Sequence record: SRR16203515_4127
Direction: 5' to 3' (one strand)
DNA: 34,115 nt
Part shown: positions 1 through 9,171 of the stretch, piece by piece
Layout: every line of letters starts with the position of its first letter
Position numbering within the stretch: position 1 is the first letter of the stretch
Made by a program: the position numbers and the translations under genes
The notes under the pieces: model-generated
Told to the model about the DNA's origin: nothing
Database searches by the model: none
What the model saw: the letters and a program-made list of their open reading frames with translations, nothing else

Positions 1-2
1 AA

Positions 3-182
3 AAAAAAGATGATAAATTATTTGAAGAAAAAAAGATAGAGAAAAAAGAAGAAGAGGGTAAAGAACCTAGTTCTTTTGATAACTTAAGTGTTAAAGTAGA
101 AGAAAAGAAAGAAGAAGATTCAAACAGTAATAAAATCGATTTAAATAGAATGGCATCATTATTAAATGGATTTAATAACTAA
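3..182 (+). CDS. 3' end of a CDS truncated by the window edge; Lys/Glu-rich C-terminus, product unknown
   Basis: Frame 3 is open from the window start (KKDDKLFEEKKIEKKEEEG...RMASLLNGFNN) to TAA at 180-182, 11 bp before the next ATG. Confidence 0.75.
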   Translation, partial: KKDDKLFEEKKIEKKEEEGKEPSSFDNLSVKVEEKKEEDSNSNKIDLNRMASLLNGFNN

Positions 183-193
183 TTAGAGATAAA

Positions 194-472
194 ATGACAA
201 TATTATTAAATAAAAATTCTTTGTATAATACTTTTGGAGTTGAAAATTTCAACTCCTTAGAGAATGCGGTAAATTGTATGGCACCTTCAATGGTAGAGTA
301 CTATTTATCGGATTTGAGTCAATATAGTGAAGATGCTTATTTAAATAAATCTCAAATAGAACAAAGTGTTTACATAGGGGATTATAGTTTATACATTGAC
401 TATAGTGATAATGTCTATTTAGAGTTAGACAACGAATTAGTAAATAACAATGAAACAGGATCTTTTTGGTAA
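194..472 (+). CDS. Small acidic hypothetical protein (92 aa)
   Basis: ATG ORF closely following the upstream CDS, GAG upstream; no motif recognised. Confidence 0.7.
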   Translation: MTILLNKNSLYNTFGVENFNSLENAVNCMAPSMVEYYLSDLSQYSEDAYLNKSQIEQSVYIGDYSLYIDYSDNVYLELDNELVNNNETGSFW

Positions 473-519
473 AAATAATCCTTATAAATGACTACAGGGG
501 ATTTTATTCAGTTTAAATA

Positions 520-552
520 AAATAGTTTGGAAATTATAGTTTCCAAAAGTAA
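520..552. other. difH-like chromosome dimer resolution site
   Basis: TTTGGAAA (526-533), 6-bp spacer TTATAG, TTTCCAAA (540-547), a perfect inverted repeat. The minus strand reads GGAAACTATAATTTCCAAACT, resembling Helicobacter/Campylobacter difH as I recall it. Lies directly upstream of xerH. Confidence 0.75.
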
Positions 553-573
553 AATATATAATAAAGGTTAGCA

Positions 574-1626
574 ATGAAATATTCATTAGATTGCGAAGAA
601 ACATTTACTCAAACATATATGTTTTGGTTATCTAGATTCATTAGGAACAAAATTACAACATTATCAAATAGACAAGTTAAAGACAAAGATAGACTAACTC
701 AAATCTTACATGAACTTTCAATTGGTTATAAAGAAATAGAAGAATTAAAAAGTACTGTTAAAGAAGTTAGAAATATTGGAATCAATAGTATTCATGTTTA
801 TTTTATACCACTTAGCAAACTATTTAAATTTATGTCAAATTATGGACCAAAGTCAATGAAAGAAATTGATGAAGAGTTATTAAGTGATTTCTTAGCAACA
901 CAAACTAGTAAATTATCAGATGCAACTAAAAAGAATTATAGAATTGCATTAGTTACATTCTTTAATTACATAGATAAACAAAATGAAGAAACAAATGGTA
1001 ATACTTATAGGTTTGGTATTGAGCTAAAGAACTGGGGTGGATTATCTGGAAAAAGTGGTCAAAAACTACCCTCTTTTATGAAAAAAGACGAAGTTCAAAA
1101 ATTTATCCAAGCTATTGATTCATATGAGTTTAGTAATAAAATAGCAGCAAGAAATAGATTAATTTTAAAAATTATACTTTATACGGGAATAAGAGTTAGT
1201 GAAGCTATAAATATTCATATGAAAGATTTTAATAAAGATGAAGATGCATATATTATTCAAGTAAGAGGAAAAGGAAATAAACCTAGAGTTGTAATGATAA
1301 AAGAACTTATTATTGGTAAAGATTTAAATGAGTGGAATCAAATTAAAACATGTCAAAATAATCTTTTATTATGTAATCAAAAAGGTAATGAATTAACTCA
1401 AGCATATATTAGCTCAATTGTAGAGAAAATACTTTTAAGTGTAGGAATAAGAAAAGAAAAGAATGGAGCTCATATGTTACGACATACTTTTGCTACTATG
1501 TTATACCAGAAAAGTAAAGATTTAATTCTTGTTCAAGAATCATTAGGTCATGCAGATATAAATACTTCTAGAATTTATACTCATTTTGATAAGGATAAGT
1601 TAAAACAAACAACAGATATATTTTAG
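574..1626 (+). CDS. xerH: XerH-type tyrosine recombinase
   Basis: 350 aa. Catalytic motifs YTGIRVSE (R), GKGNK (K), HMLRH (HxxR), LGH and RIYTH (Y); KEKNGAHMLRH typical of Campylobacterota XerH; AAAGG RBS. Confidence 0.9.
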   Translation: MKYSLDCEETFTQTYMFWLSRFIRNKITTLSNRQVKDKDRLTQILHELSIGYKEIEELKSTVKEVRNIGINSIHVYFIPLSKLFKFMSNYGPKSMKEIDEELLSDFLATQTSKLSDATKKNYRIALVTFFNYIDKQNEETNGNTYRFGIELKNWGGLSGKSGQKLPSFMKKDEVQKFIQAIDSYEFSNKIAARNRLILKIILYTGIRVSEAINIHMKDFNKDEDAYIIQVRGKGNKPRVVMIKELIIGKDLNEWNQIKTCQNNLLLCNQKGNELTQAYISSIVEKILLSVGIRKEKNGAHMLRHTFATMLYQKSKDLILVQESLGHADINTSRIYTHFDKDKLKQTTDIF

Positions 1627-1645
1627 TAGGGTAAACACCCTACTA
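1624..1645. terminator. Putative bidirectional terminator hairpin between convergent xerH and cheB
   Basis: TAGTAGGGT-AAAC-ACCCTACTA, a perfect 9-bp stem containing both stop codons. Confidence 0.65.
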
Positions 1646-2716
1646 TCTTCTTTTTCCTTTAGAAAAATCAATTATATATTGTGCAATTTCATCTAAATGA
1701 ATTGTATCTTTAATAGCACCTGCTTGAATTGCTTTCATAGGCATACCAAATACAACACAAGACTCTTTATTTTGTGCAACAGTATAAGCATTATTATCAA
1801 ACATTTCTTTCATAGCAATTGAACCATCATCACCCATACCTGTCATCATTATACCCATTGCAGAAGAACCAACATTATTATTAATAGATCTAAATAATAC
1901 ATCAACACTTGGTTTATGTTGACTAACTTTTTTTGTATCTAATAATTTTGTTTTATAATTATTACCAACTTTTTCTATAGTTAAATGCATATTACCAGGA
2001 GCTAAATAACCATAGCCACGCTCTAAGATTTCACCATCTTTTGCTTCATGTACATTTACTTCTGAATTATCATTAAGTCTATGTGCAAAGGAGTTTGAAA
2101 ATCCATAAGGAATATGTTGAGTAATAACAATAGGAGGTAAACCTGAAGGCAATTTTTTGAATACTTTTAATAAAGACTCTACTCCACCTGTTGATGAACC
2201 AATTGCAATAACTTTACTTCCTGGCATAATAGCTGGTTTAGAAGAAATTACTTCATCGGGATGAACTTTATATTCAATTTGAGTAGATATATTTTTTGGT
2301 TTCTTTAAAGCTTTTGGTTTTTTTAATGTATATCTTTTAAGTAAAAAAGTAAGATTTAGTAATGTATCTTTAATACGTTCTGAAAATGAAGATATAGATT
2401 CTCCAACTTCTGGTTTTGGAATAAATCCAACAGCACCATCATCAAAAATATCATTTCCTCTTACACCCTCACCTGAAATTACAACAGCAGGCATAGGGTG
2501 AAGTCTCATTAAATTTCTAAGAAATGTTACTCCGTCCATTTTAGGCATATTAATATCAATAGTAACTAAATCTGGTTCATACTCTTTTATCTTTTCTCTT
2601 GCATCATAAGCATCAACAGCCATAGCAATTACTTCAAATTCATCAATAGAATTTATCATATCTTTTATAACTCTTCTCATAGAAGGAGAGTCATCAATAA
2701 CTAAAACTGTATACAC
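1643..2716 (-). CDS. cheB: Chemotaxis response regulator protein-glutamate methylesterase
   Basis: N-terminal REC domain (IDDS, DINMPKMDG); methylesterase motifs GSSTGG, TQHIP, HKPSVD, TGMGDDG. Confidence 0.97.
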   Translation of the reverse strand: MYTVLVIDDSPSMRRVIKDMINSIDEFEVIAMAVDAYDAREKIKEYEPDLVTIDINMPKMDGVTFLRNLMRLHPMPAVVISGEGVRGNDIFDDGAVGFIPKPEVGESISSFSERIKDTLLNLTFLLKRYTLKKPKALKKPKNISTQIEYKVHPDEVISSKPAIMPGSKVIAIGSSTGGVESLLKVFKKLPSGLPPIVITQHIPYGFSNSFAHRLNDNSEVNVHEAKDGEILERGYGYLAPGNMHLTIEKVGNNYKTKLLDTKKVSQHKPSVDVLFRSINNNVGSSAMGIMMTGMGDDGSIAMKEMFDNNAYTVAQNKESCVVFGMPMKAIQAGAIKDTIHLDEIAQYIIDFSKGKRR

Positions 2717-2740
2717 TCGTTTACCTTTCCCTGAAAAATA

Positions 2741-3415
2741 TTAGAAAAGTTCAATTTCCATTTCAGGTTCTTCTTTTTCTTCAACACCAAATAAATCAAC
2801 ACCACCAACATATTCTTTGATAACTGGTGCTTTTGTAATTTCTTTCTGTAATGAACTCTCTTCTGATGCAATCTTGCTATCAGTTTCTGTTTTTTGAGTA
2901 ACTTTAATAAATGTCTCAAAAGCATTAGCAAGAAGAATTAATCGTCCGTGCTCACCACGAGTGTGTTCACTCATAAGCTTAAAGCCTTCAGATTGACAAA
3001 AATCTTTTGCGAACTCTACATTTCTATGTCCAATTGATTGTGCAGAAACATTTAACTGCATAATATCAGCTCCACCAGAAATCTTAGCTATCATATTGTT
3101 TTTTGAGCAACCTAATTTATACATTTCATTTAGCATTGCTTCAACTGAATAAAGACCATACTTCATATCATCATTAGTATTATTAGTTTTAGGTAATAAA
3201 AAGTGATTCATACCTTTTATTTTTTTAACTTTATCGTAAAACATAATTGCCACACAAGAACCAAGTAATGTTTTAAAAGCTATCTCTTCAATATCACTTC
3301 CAACAGCAAATTCACCACCAATTACAGTATGAGTAAATAAGCCTTTTGTTTTTTGTGTAAATCTAACTGAAGAGGCACGTTCAATACTTCCATCTTTATG
3401 TCCAATAACAATCAA
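2741..3415 (-). CDS. cheD: Chemoreceptor glutamine deamidase
   Basis: TLLGSCVA and GMNHFLLP motifs, KISGGA, IGHRN; TTG start overlaps the cheR stop. Confidence 0.93.
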   Translation of the reverse strand: MIVIGHKDGSIERASSVRFTQKTKGLFTHTVIGGEFAVGSDIEEIAFKTLLGSCVAIMFYDKVKKIKGMNHFLLPKTNNTNDDMKYGLYSVEAMLNEMYKLGCSKNNMIAKISGGADIMQLNVSAQSIGHRNVEFAKDFCQSEGFKLMSEHTRGEHGRLILLANAFETFIKVTQKTETDSKIASEESSLQKEITKAPVIKEYVGGVDLFGVEEKEEPEMEIELF

Positions 3416-4257
3416 CTTATTTCCTTCTCTTTTACAAAAATATTTTGCCCTACTCTATTTACATAATTAATTAAATCATGCGGATTTTCTGAGTGCCCTA
3501 AATATAATGTTCCACCCATTTTAAGGTGTGAAAATAACTTTTTTAATATTTCATTTTGATCTTCTGCAGAAAAATAGATCAATACATTTCTACAAAAAAT
3601 AACATCAAATTGGCCTTTACTAAAAGGATATAATTTATCATTTAAGTTCATAACTTGAAAAGAAATAGGCTTTTTTAATTCATCTTTTACTTTGATTAAA
3701 ACTTCTTCACCAACTAAATTCTTTTGAACTCTACGCTTAAAATATTTTTGAGGTTTTATCCAATCTGGGAATTCTTTTGATGACTTAGAAAATCTATAAA
3801 TACCATTAGCTGCATATTGAAGTACATTTGTATCAATATCAGTTGCAATAATTGAAGAATCTATAAACTTACCAATTTCTTCTTTTGCTTCCAAAACAGT
3901 CATAGCCATTGAGTAAGGTTCTTCTCCTGTAGAAGAAGCAGAACAATACATATTAACCTTCTTACCCTCTTTAGCTAAAGCAGGTAAAACTCTGTTTTTT
4001 AAATCAAGAAAATGGAAATCTTCTCTAAAGAAATGTGTTTTATTTGTAGTAAATGAATTAATAAATTCTGTTACATGAGACCCATTTTCAACTAAATCAA
4101 GGAGATCCATAATATCCCCTTTATATTTAGAATCTCTTTTCAGTTTATCAATTCTATTAGAAATCATAATATCTTTATTCTCAGCTAGTGTAATACCAGT
4201 TAGAGAATAAAGAATTTTCTTTACTCTATTATGTACATCATCAGTAGTATAACTCAT
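3412..4257 (-). CDS. cheR: Chemotaxis protein methyltransferase
   Basis: TTNKTHFFRE, SSTGEEPYS, ATDID, FDVIFCRNVLIYF, LGHSE motifs. Confidence 0.97.
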   Translation of the reverse strand: MSYTTDDVHNRVKKILYSLTGITLAENKDIMISNRIDKLKRDSKYKGDIMDLLDLVENGSHVTEFINSFTTNKTHFFREDFHFLDLKNRVLPALAKEGKKVNMYCSASSTGEEPYSMAMTVLEAKEEIGKFIDSSIIATDIDTNVLQYAANGIYRFSKSSKEFPDWIKPQKYFKRRVQKNLVGEEVLIKVKDELKKPISFQVMNLNDKLYPFSKGQFDVIFCRNVLIYFSAEDQNEILKKLFSHLKMGGTLYLGHSENPHDLINYVNRVGQNIFVKEKEIS

Positions 4258-4262
4258 ATTAA

Positions 4263-6359
4263 TTATGAAGCCTTCTTAGATGCACTCATACCTTTTTCAA
4301 ATTTAGTTTGTGCATTAATAATACCAACAACATCTAAGATAAGACCAATACTACCGTCACCTCTTACTGTTGCTGCACCAACACCTTCAACTGATCTAAA
4401 GTTTTTATCTAAAGGTTTTACAACTACTTGGTGTTGATTTAAGAATTCATCAATAGATAAAGCTACTTTTGTATTACCAGATTTAACAACGATTAACATT
4501 CCATCTTCTAAATTTTCAAAACTATTTTCTAAACCAAATAATTGATGCAATCTAACAACTGGAATAAACTCTTCTCTAAGCATTAATAAATCTTGAGTAC
4601 CATCACCAATTTTCTTAATCATATCAGAAGTTGGTTGTAATGATTCAACAATAGAACTTAGAGGTAAGATATACTTTTGATCACTTACAGCAATATCAAG
4701 ACCATCTAGAATTGCAAGAGTAAGTGGTAACATGATTGTAATAACAGTACCTTCACCTAACTTAGTATCTAGCTTAATTGCTCCACCAAGTTTTTGAATA
4801 TTTGTTCTTACAACATCCATACCAACACCACGACCAGAAATATCAGTAATTTCATCAGCTGTAGAAACACCTGCTCCAAATACTAACATTGCTTTTTCAT
4901 TATCACTCATAGAGTTATATTGATTTTCATCAATTTGCCCTTGATCAAGTGCTTTAAGAGCTACTTTTTCAGAATTAATACCTCTACCATCATCTTCAAT
5001 AGTAATAATCATCTGTCCATTTGCTTGTTCAGCTGAAATGATAATTGATCCTACATCTGATTTACCTGATTGATCTCTCTCTTCTGGAGTTTCTAATCCA
5101 TGGTCAAGTGAATTTCTAATAATGTGCATTAAAGGATCTGTAAGCCCTTCAATCATAGCTTTATCAATTTCAACGTTATCACCAAAATGTTTAAACTCAA
5201 CTTTTTTCCCAAGTTTTTTAGATATATCTCTAACAACTTTTGGGAATTTAGAATAAATAGATTCCATTGGTACCATTCTGATACTCATAATTGAATCTTG
5301 CATATCTCTAATATGTCGCTCAAGTAATTCAAGTCTCTCTAAAACTGCATTTCTAGTTTTCACTTCTTCAATTGAAGTTGAGAATTGAGTAAGCATTGCA
5401 TTAGTAATTACTAGATCTCCAACATTATTCATAAGTAAATCAATTTTGTCTAAATTTACTCTAATATTGTTAGTAGTAGCTGATTTCTTAGTAGTAGCTG
5501 TTTCTTCTTTAGGTTTTCTAGCAGCTCGTGCTGGAGCAGCTGGCGTTTCAGCCTTCTTTTGAACAACTTCAGGTGTTATTTCTTTGGCAACAGGTGCTGA
5601 AGGAACAACTTCAGCAGTCTTAACTTCTTCAATATTGTTACTTTCCATAACAGAATCAGCGCTAAGAGATGGTACATCATCAAAGAAACCAAAATCCTCT
5701 TTATCATCATCAGTAACAACTAATGTGTCATCTGTATTAAGAGCAATTTCTTCTAATTCATCATCAAAAAATCCATAGTTTTTTTGAGGTTCATCAAGCA
5801 TATCATCTGCAAAAATCCCAAAAGATTTAGAGTTCTTTTGTTCATTTAAATCGTCATCAAAGAAACCAATAGCATCATTGTCAACTTCTATATGATCAAC
5901 AGATTTTATATCAGAAACAGGTGCAACGGCAACTGGTTCTTCTTTAGAAGCAGGAACGTTCCCATTAGAGTAGGCTCTAATTTCTTCTAATAGTGTTGTT
6001 GTCATTTCAGTAAACACTTCTCTAGTTATGTCTTCAGCAACTTCTAGATCTAATATTTCTTTCATAACATCTAAACCATCAATTAAAGTTCCAGCCATTT
6101 CTGGAATAAATTCAATTTGATGATTTCTTAATTTATCCATTAAGTTTTCTACATCATGTGTAAACTCAGCAAATAATGTTAATTCAACTGATGCACCACT
6201 ACCTTTTAAAGTATGTACATCCCTAAACAACTGACCCATTTCTTCGTCAGTTAAAGATCCATTGTTCTCGGCTTCTAAAAGTACATTATCCGCTGATTCA
6301 AAAAGTTCTTCTGCTTCTTCAAGAAACATTTCTCTATATTTAGAAATATCAAATGACAT
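4263..6359 (-). CDS. cheA: Chemotaxis histidine kinase (HPT, dimerization, HATPase, CheW-like domains; no C-terminal REC)
   Basis: FRDVHTLKG (P1 His), HIIRNSLDHG, EDDGRG, ISGRGVGMDVV, LPLTLAI. Confidence 0.97.
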   Translation of the reverse strand: MSFDISKYREMFLEEAEELFESADNVLLEAENNGSLTDEEMGQLFRDVHTLKGSGASVELTLFAEFTHDVENLMDKLRNHQIEFIPEMAGTLIDGLDVMKEILDLEVAEDITREVFTEMTTTLLEEIRAYSNGNVPASKEEPVAVAPVSDIKSVDHIEVDNDAIGFFDDDLNEQKNSKSFGIFADDMLDEPQKNYGFFDDELEEIALNTDDTLVVTDDDKEDFGFFDDVPSLSADSVMESNNIEEVKTAEVVPSAPVAKEITPEVVQKKAETPAAPARAARKPKEETATTKKSATTNNIRVNLDKIDLLMNNVGDLVITNAMLTQFSTSIEEVKTRNAVLERLELLERHIRDMQDSIMSIRMVPMESIYSKFPKVVRDISKKLGKKVEFKHFGDNVEIDKAMIEGLTDPLMHIIRNSLDHGLETPEERDQSGKSDVGSIIISAEQANGQMIITIEDDGRGINSEKVALKALDQGQIDENQYNSMSDNEKAMLVFGAGVSTADEITDISGRGVGMDVVRTNIQKLGGAIKLDTKLGEGTVITIMLPLTLAILDGLDIAVSDQKYILPLSSIVESLQPTSDMIKKIGDGTQDLLMLREEFIPVVRLHQLFGLENSFENLEDGMLIVVKSGNTKVALSIDEFLNQHQVVVKPLDKNFRSVEGVGAATVRGDGSIGLILDVVGIINAQTKFEKGMSASKKAS

Positions 6360-6372
6360 GCTAACTCCTTTA

Positions 6373-6741
6373 CTATCTACTTAATACTATATTAACTGCT
6401 TTTAGCAATTGATCTGGAACGAATGGTTTAACAATCCAACCAGTTGCTCCTGCAGCTTTACCTTTTGCTTTCATTTCATCACTTCTTTCAGTAGTAAGTA
6501 CTAAAATTGGTTTTTTTGAATATTGTGGTACTTTTCTTAGTTCGCCTATTAAAGTCAAACCATCCATATTTGGCATATTTACATCTGTTATTATTAGATC
6601 AAAATCTGCAGCTTTAGCTTTTGCTAAACCATCAACACCATCAACAGCTTCAGTTACGTCGTTGTAACCACCTTCGTTTAATGCATAGTTTAGCATATCT
6701 CTTAGCATAGTAGAATCATCTACGATTAAAAGCTTAGCCAT
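6373..6741 (-). CDS. cheY: Chemotaxis response regulator
   Basis: Single REC domain (VDDS, TDVNMPNMDG, LTTE, GWIVKPF) heading the che operon. Confidence 0.93.
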   Translation of the reverse strand: MAKLLIVDDSTMLRDMLNYALNEGGYNDVTEAVDGVDGLAKAKAADFDLIITDVNMPNMDGLTLIGELRKVPQYSKKPILVLTTERSDEMKAKGKAAGATGWIVKPFVPDQLLKAVNIVLSR

Positions 6742-6962
6742 TATAAAACCCCTTGAATATATTAAAAAAATTATTTAAACTATACTAACGAAAGAAATAT
6801 TAATTTTTGGTTAGTTTCTAAGGTAATTTATATTTATCATAAATAATTATAAGTTTATAGTTATATTTTTACAAAAAAGATGTTTATTGGGATGAAGGTT
6901 TCAGTATTACGGTATTTATTAAAGATTTTTTGTGAGTTAATTTTTATTATTTTTATTAAAAT

Positions 6963-6988
6963 TAATAAATCCCAGGAGGGATTTATTA
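6963..6988 (-). terminator. Intrinsic terminator-like hairpin at the end of pnp
   Basis: TAATAAATCCC-AGGA-GGGATTTATTA, 11-bp inverted repeat overlapping the pnp stop. Confidence 0.65.
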
Positions 6989-9163
6989 TATAGAACTAGA
7001 AGATAATTCTATTCTATCTCTTTTTACTTTTAAAACTTTAATTTCTACATCATCACCTGCATTTAATACATCTGATACATTCTTAACTCTTTGTTTAGAA
7101 ATTTTAGAAATATGTAATAATCCTTCTCCACCTTTTGGTAAAGAAACAAAAGCACCAAAGTCAACTATTCTTTCAACTTTTCCAGTTAAAATTTCATCTA
7201 CTTTATATAAGTCTTCAAAGTTAACATTTCTAGATTCTTTTCTTGCTGGAGCATTATTAGAAATAGACTTGATATGTTCACAAGCATCTAAAACACTTTG
7301 TTTACACTCACCAGAAACTTTAACATTTCCAGAATTTCTATCTAAATCAATTGCTACAGAGAATTTCTCAATAATTTCTTTAATTGTTGAACCAGCTTTA
7401 CCAATTACAACCATTACTTTTGAAGGATCAATTGCAAATTGCTCTACTAATGGTAATGCTTCACTTGGAATAATTTCAGAAGCTGCAGTTTCCATTAATC
7501 CTAAGATATGCTCTCTACCCTCTTTTGCTTGTAATAAAGCCTCTTCTAATACTGATAATTCAATACCACCAAGCTTAATATCCATTTGTAAAGCAGTAAT
7601 ACCATCTTTAGTACCAGCAACTTTAAAGTCCATATCTCCATCATGATCTTCAAGACCCATAATATCAGTAAGAACAGAATAGTTATCACCTTCAACAACC
7701 ATACCCATAGCAACTCCAGCTACTAAATCAGAAATTGGTACACCTGCAGCTTTAAGAGCTAATGATCCACCACAAACTGTAGCCATTGAAGAAGAACCAT
7801 TTGATTCTAAAATTTCAGATACTAATCTAATAGTTTCAGTGTAATCATTATCAATAGTAGATTCTAAAGCTTTTCTACCTAAGTTACCATGACCTAACTC
7901 TCTTCTACCTACACCAAACATTGGCTTAGCTTCACCTACAGAGAAACCTGGGAAGTTATAATGTAATAAGAAATTATCCATAGAAGTTGATTTTTCTGTA
8001 AGTTTTTCAAACATTTGACCGTCTTTACTTCCAGCAATTGTACCAACAACTAAAGCTTGAGTTTCACCTCTTGTAAATAAACAAGATGAATGAGCTGATG
8101 GCAAAATATTAGTGTCAATACTAATAGGTCTAACGTCTCTTAAACCTCTTCCATCTGCTCTAACTTTATCATTTACAATCATAGCTCTAACTAATTCTCT
8201 TTTAATAATAGATACAGCTTCATAAATTGTACTAAATTCAATTTCATTACTTTCACAATATTCATTTGCAGAAATTGCTTTTGCAACATCTTTAAGTTCA
8301 GTTGCTCGCTCAGATTTTGCTAACTTTTTGATAGCTTCAGTAATATCAGCAGAGAAATTATCTCTAACATAGTTAATAACTTCTTCTTCAATTTTAAATT
8401 CTACTAATTCTACATCTTTTTTCTCAACACTTGCTGTTTCAAATCCAGATTCATATGTAGTATTTGCTTCATATAATGCTTTTTGTGCAACTCCGATAGC
8501 TTCAACTAAATCTGATTCATTAACTTCATTAGCTTTATGAACTTTAGTAAATGCTTCAATATCAACTTCAACTAATTCTTGTGATGAAATAGATTTCATT
8601 TCAATCATTAATAATTCATCTTTTGTACCAGCTACATATAAATCTAATGTAGAATCTAATAATTCAGTTGTAGTAGGATTAATTACGTACTCACCGTTTA
8701 TTTTTCCAACTCTTACACCTGAAACAGACTTTTTAATTGGTAAATTTGAAGTATATAAAGCAGCACTTGCAGCATTTAATGCTAAGGCTTGTAAGTCAAC
8801 ATCTTTATCAGCACTTAATACCATTACAGTAATTGTTGTAGGATAAACATAACCTTTAGGGAAAAGAGGTCTTAAACTTCTATCAATAACTCTTGATGTT
8901 AAAGTTTCAAATTCGCTAGGTTTAGCTTCTCTTTTAATAAATCCACCAGGTAATTTTGCAGCTGCATAAGTTTTTTCAACATATTGCACTGTAAGTGGTG
9001 TAAAATCCTCAGATACTGGGTTATCAAACTCACTTACTACAGTAGCTAAAACTACTGCTTTTCCTAATTTAGCTAATACTGATCCATTAGCTTGTTTGGC
9101 AACTTTACCAAACTCAAATATCTCTTGTTTTTCATTTAATTCAAATTCGCAAACTGTTGACAT
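6986..9163 (-). CDS. pnp: Polyribonucleotide nucleotidyltransferase
   Basis: Two RNase PH domains (SRVIDRSLRPLFP, FTRGETQ, ESNGSSSMA, GDMDFKVAG), KH (VIGKAG) and S1 domains. Confidence 0.98.
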   Translation of the reverse strand: MSTVCEFELNEKQEIFEFGKVAKQANGSVLAKLGKAVVLATVVSEFDNPVSEDFTPLTVQYVEKTYAAAKLPGGFIKREAKPSEFETLTSRVIDRSLRPLFPKGYVYPTTITVMVLSADKDVDLQALALNAASAALYTSNLPIKKSVSGVRVGKINGEYVINPTTTELLDSTLDLYVAGTKDELLMIEMKSISSQELVEVDIEAFTKVHKANEVNESDLVEAIGVAQKALYEANTTYESGFETASVEKKDVELVEFKIEEEVINYVRDNFSADITEAIKKLAKSERATELKDVAKAISANEYCESNEIEFSTIYEAVSIIKRELVRAMIVNDKVRADGRGLRDVRPISIDTNILPSAHSSCLFTRGETQALVVGTIAGSKDGQMFEKLTEKSTSMDNFLLHYNFPGFSVGEAKPMFGVGRRELGHGNLGRKALESTIDNDYTETIRLVSEILESNGSSSMATVCGGSLALKAAGVPISDLVAGVAMGMVVEGDNYSVLTDIMGLEDHDGDMDFKVAGTKDGITALQMDIKLGGIELSVLEEALLQAKEGREHILGLMETAASEIIPSEALPLVEQFAIDPSKVMVVIGKAGSTIKEIIEKFSVAIDLDRNSGNVKVSGECKQSVLDACEHIKSISNNAPARKESRNVNFEDLYKVDEILTGKVERIVDFGAFVSLPKGGEGLLHISKISKQRVKNVSDVLNAGDDVEIKVLKVKRDRIELSSSSI

Positions 9164-9171
9164 AATTATTT

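Noticed and set aside
574-1626. Tyrosine recombinase as a phage or ICE integrase
   Set aside because: Motifs and size fit housekeeping XerH, a dif-like site is adjacent, and there is no tRNA, att repeat or mobile cargo
1625-1644. AGTAGGG on both strands as KOPS-like FtsK-orienting motifs
   Set aside because: Only a partial match to a motif recalled from memory for another genus, present in both orientations, and fully explained by the terminator hairpin
2701-2931. 76-aa alternative-frame ORF overlapping cheD and cheB
   Set aside because: Out-of-frame shadow of well-supported genes; no RBS or motif
4231-7646. Plus-strand ORFs 4231-4437, 5584-5778 and 7269-7646
   Set aside because: Antisense shadows of cheA/cheR and pnp
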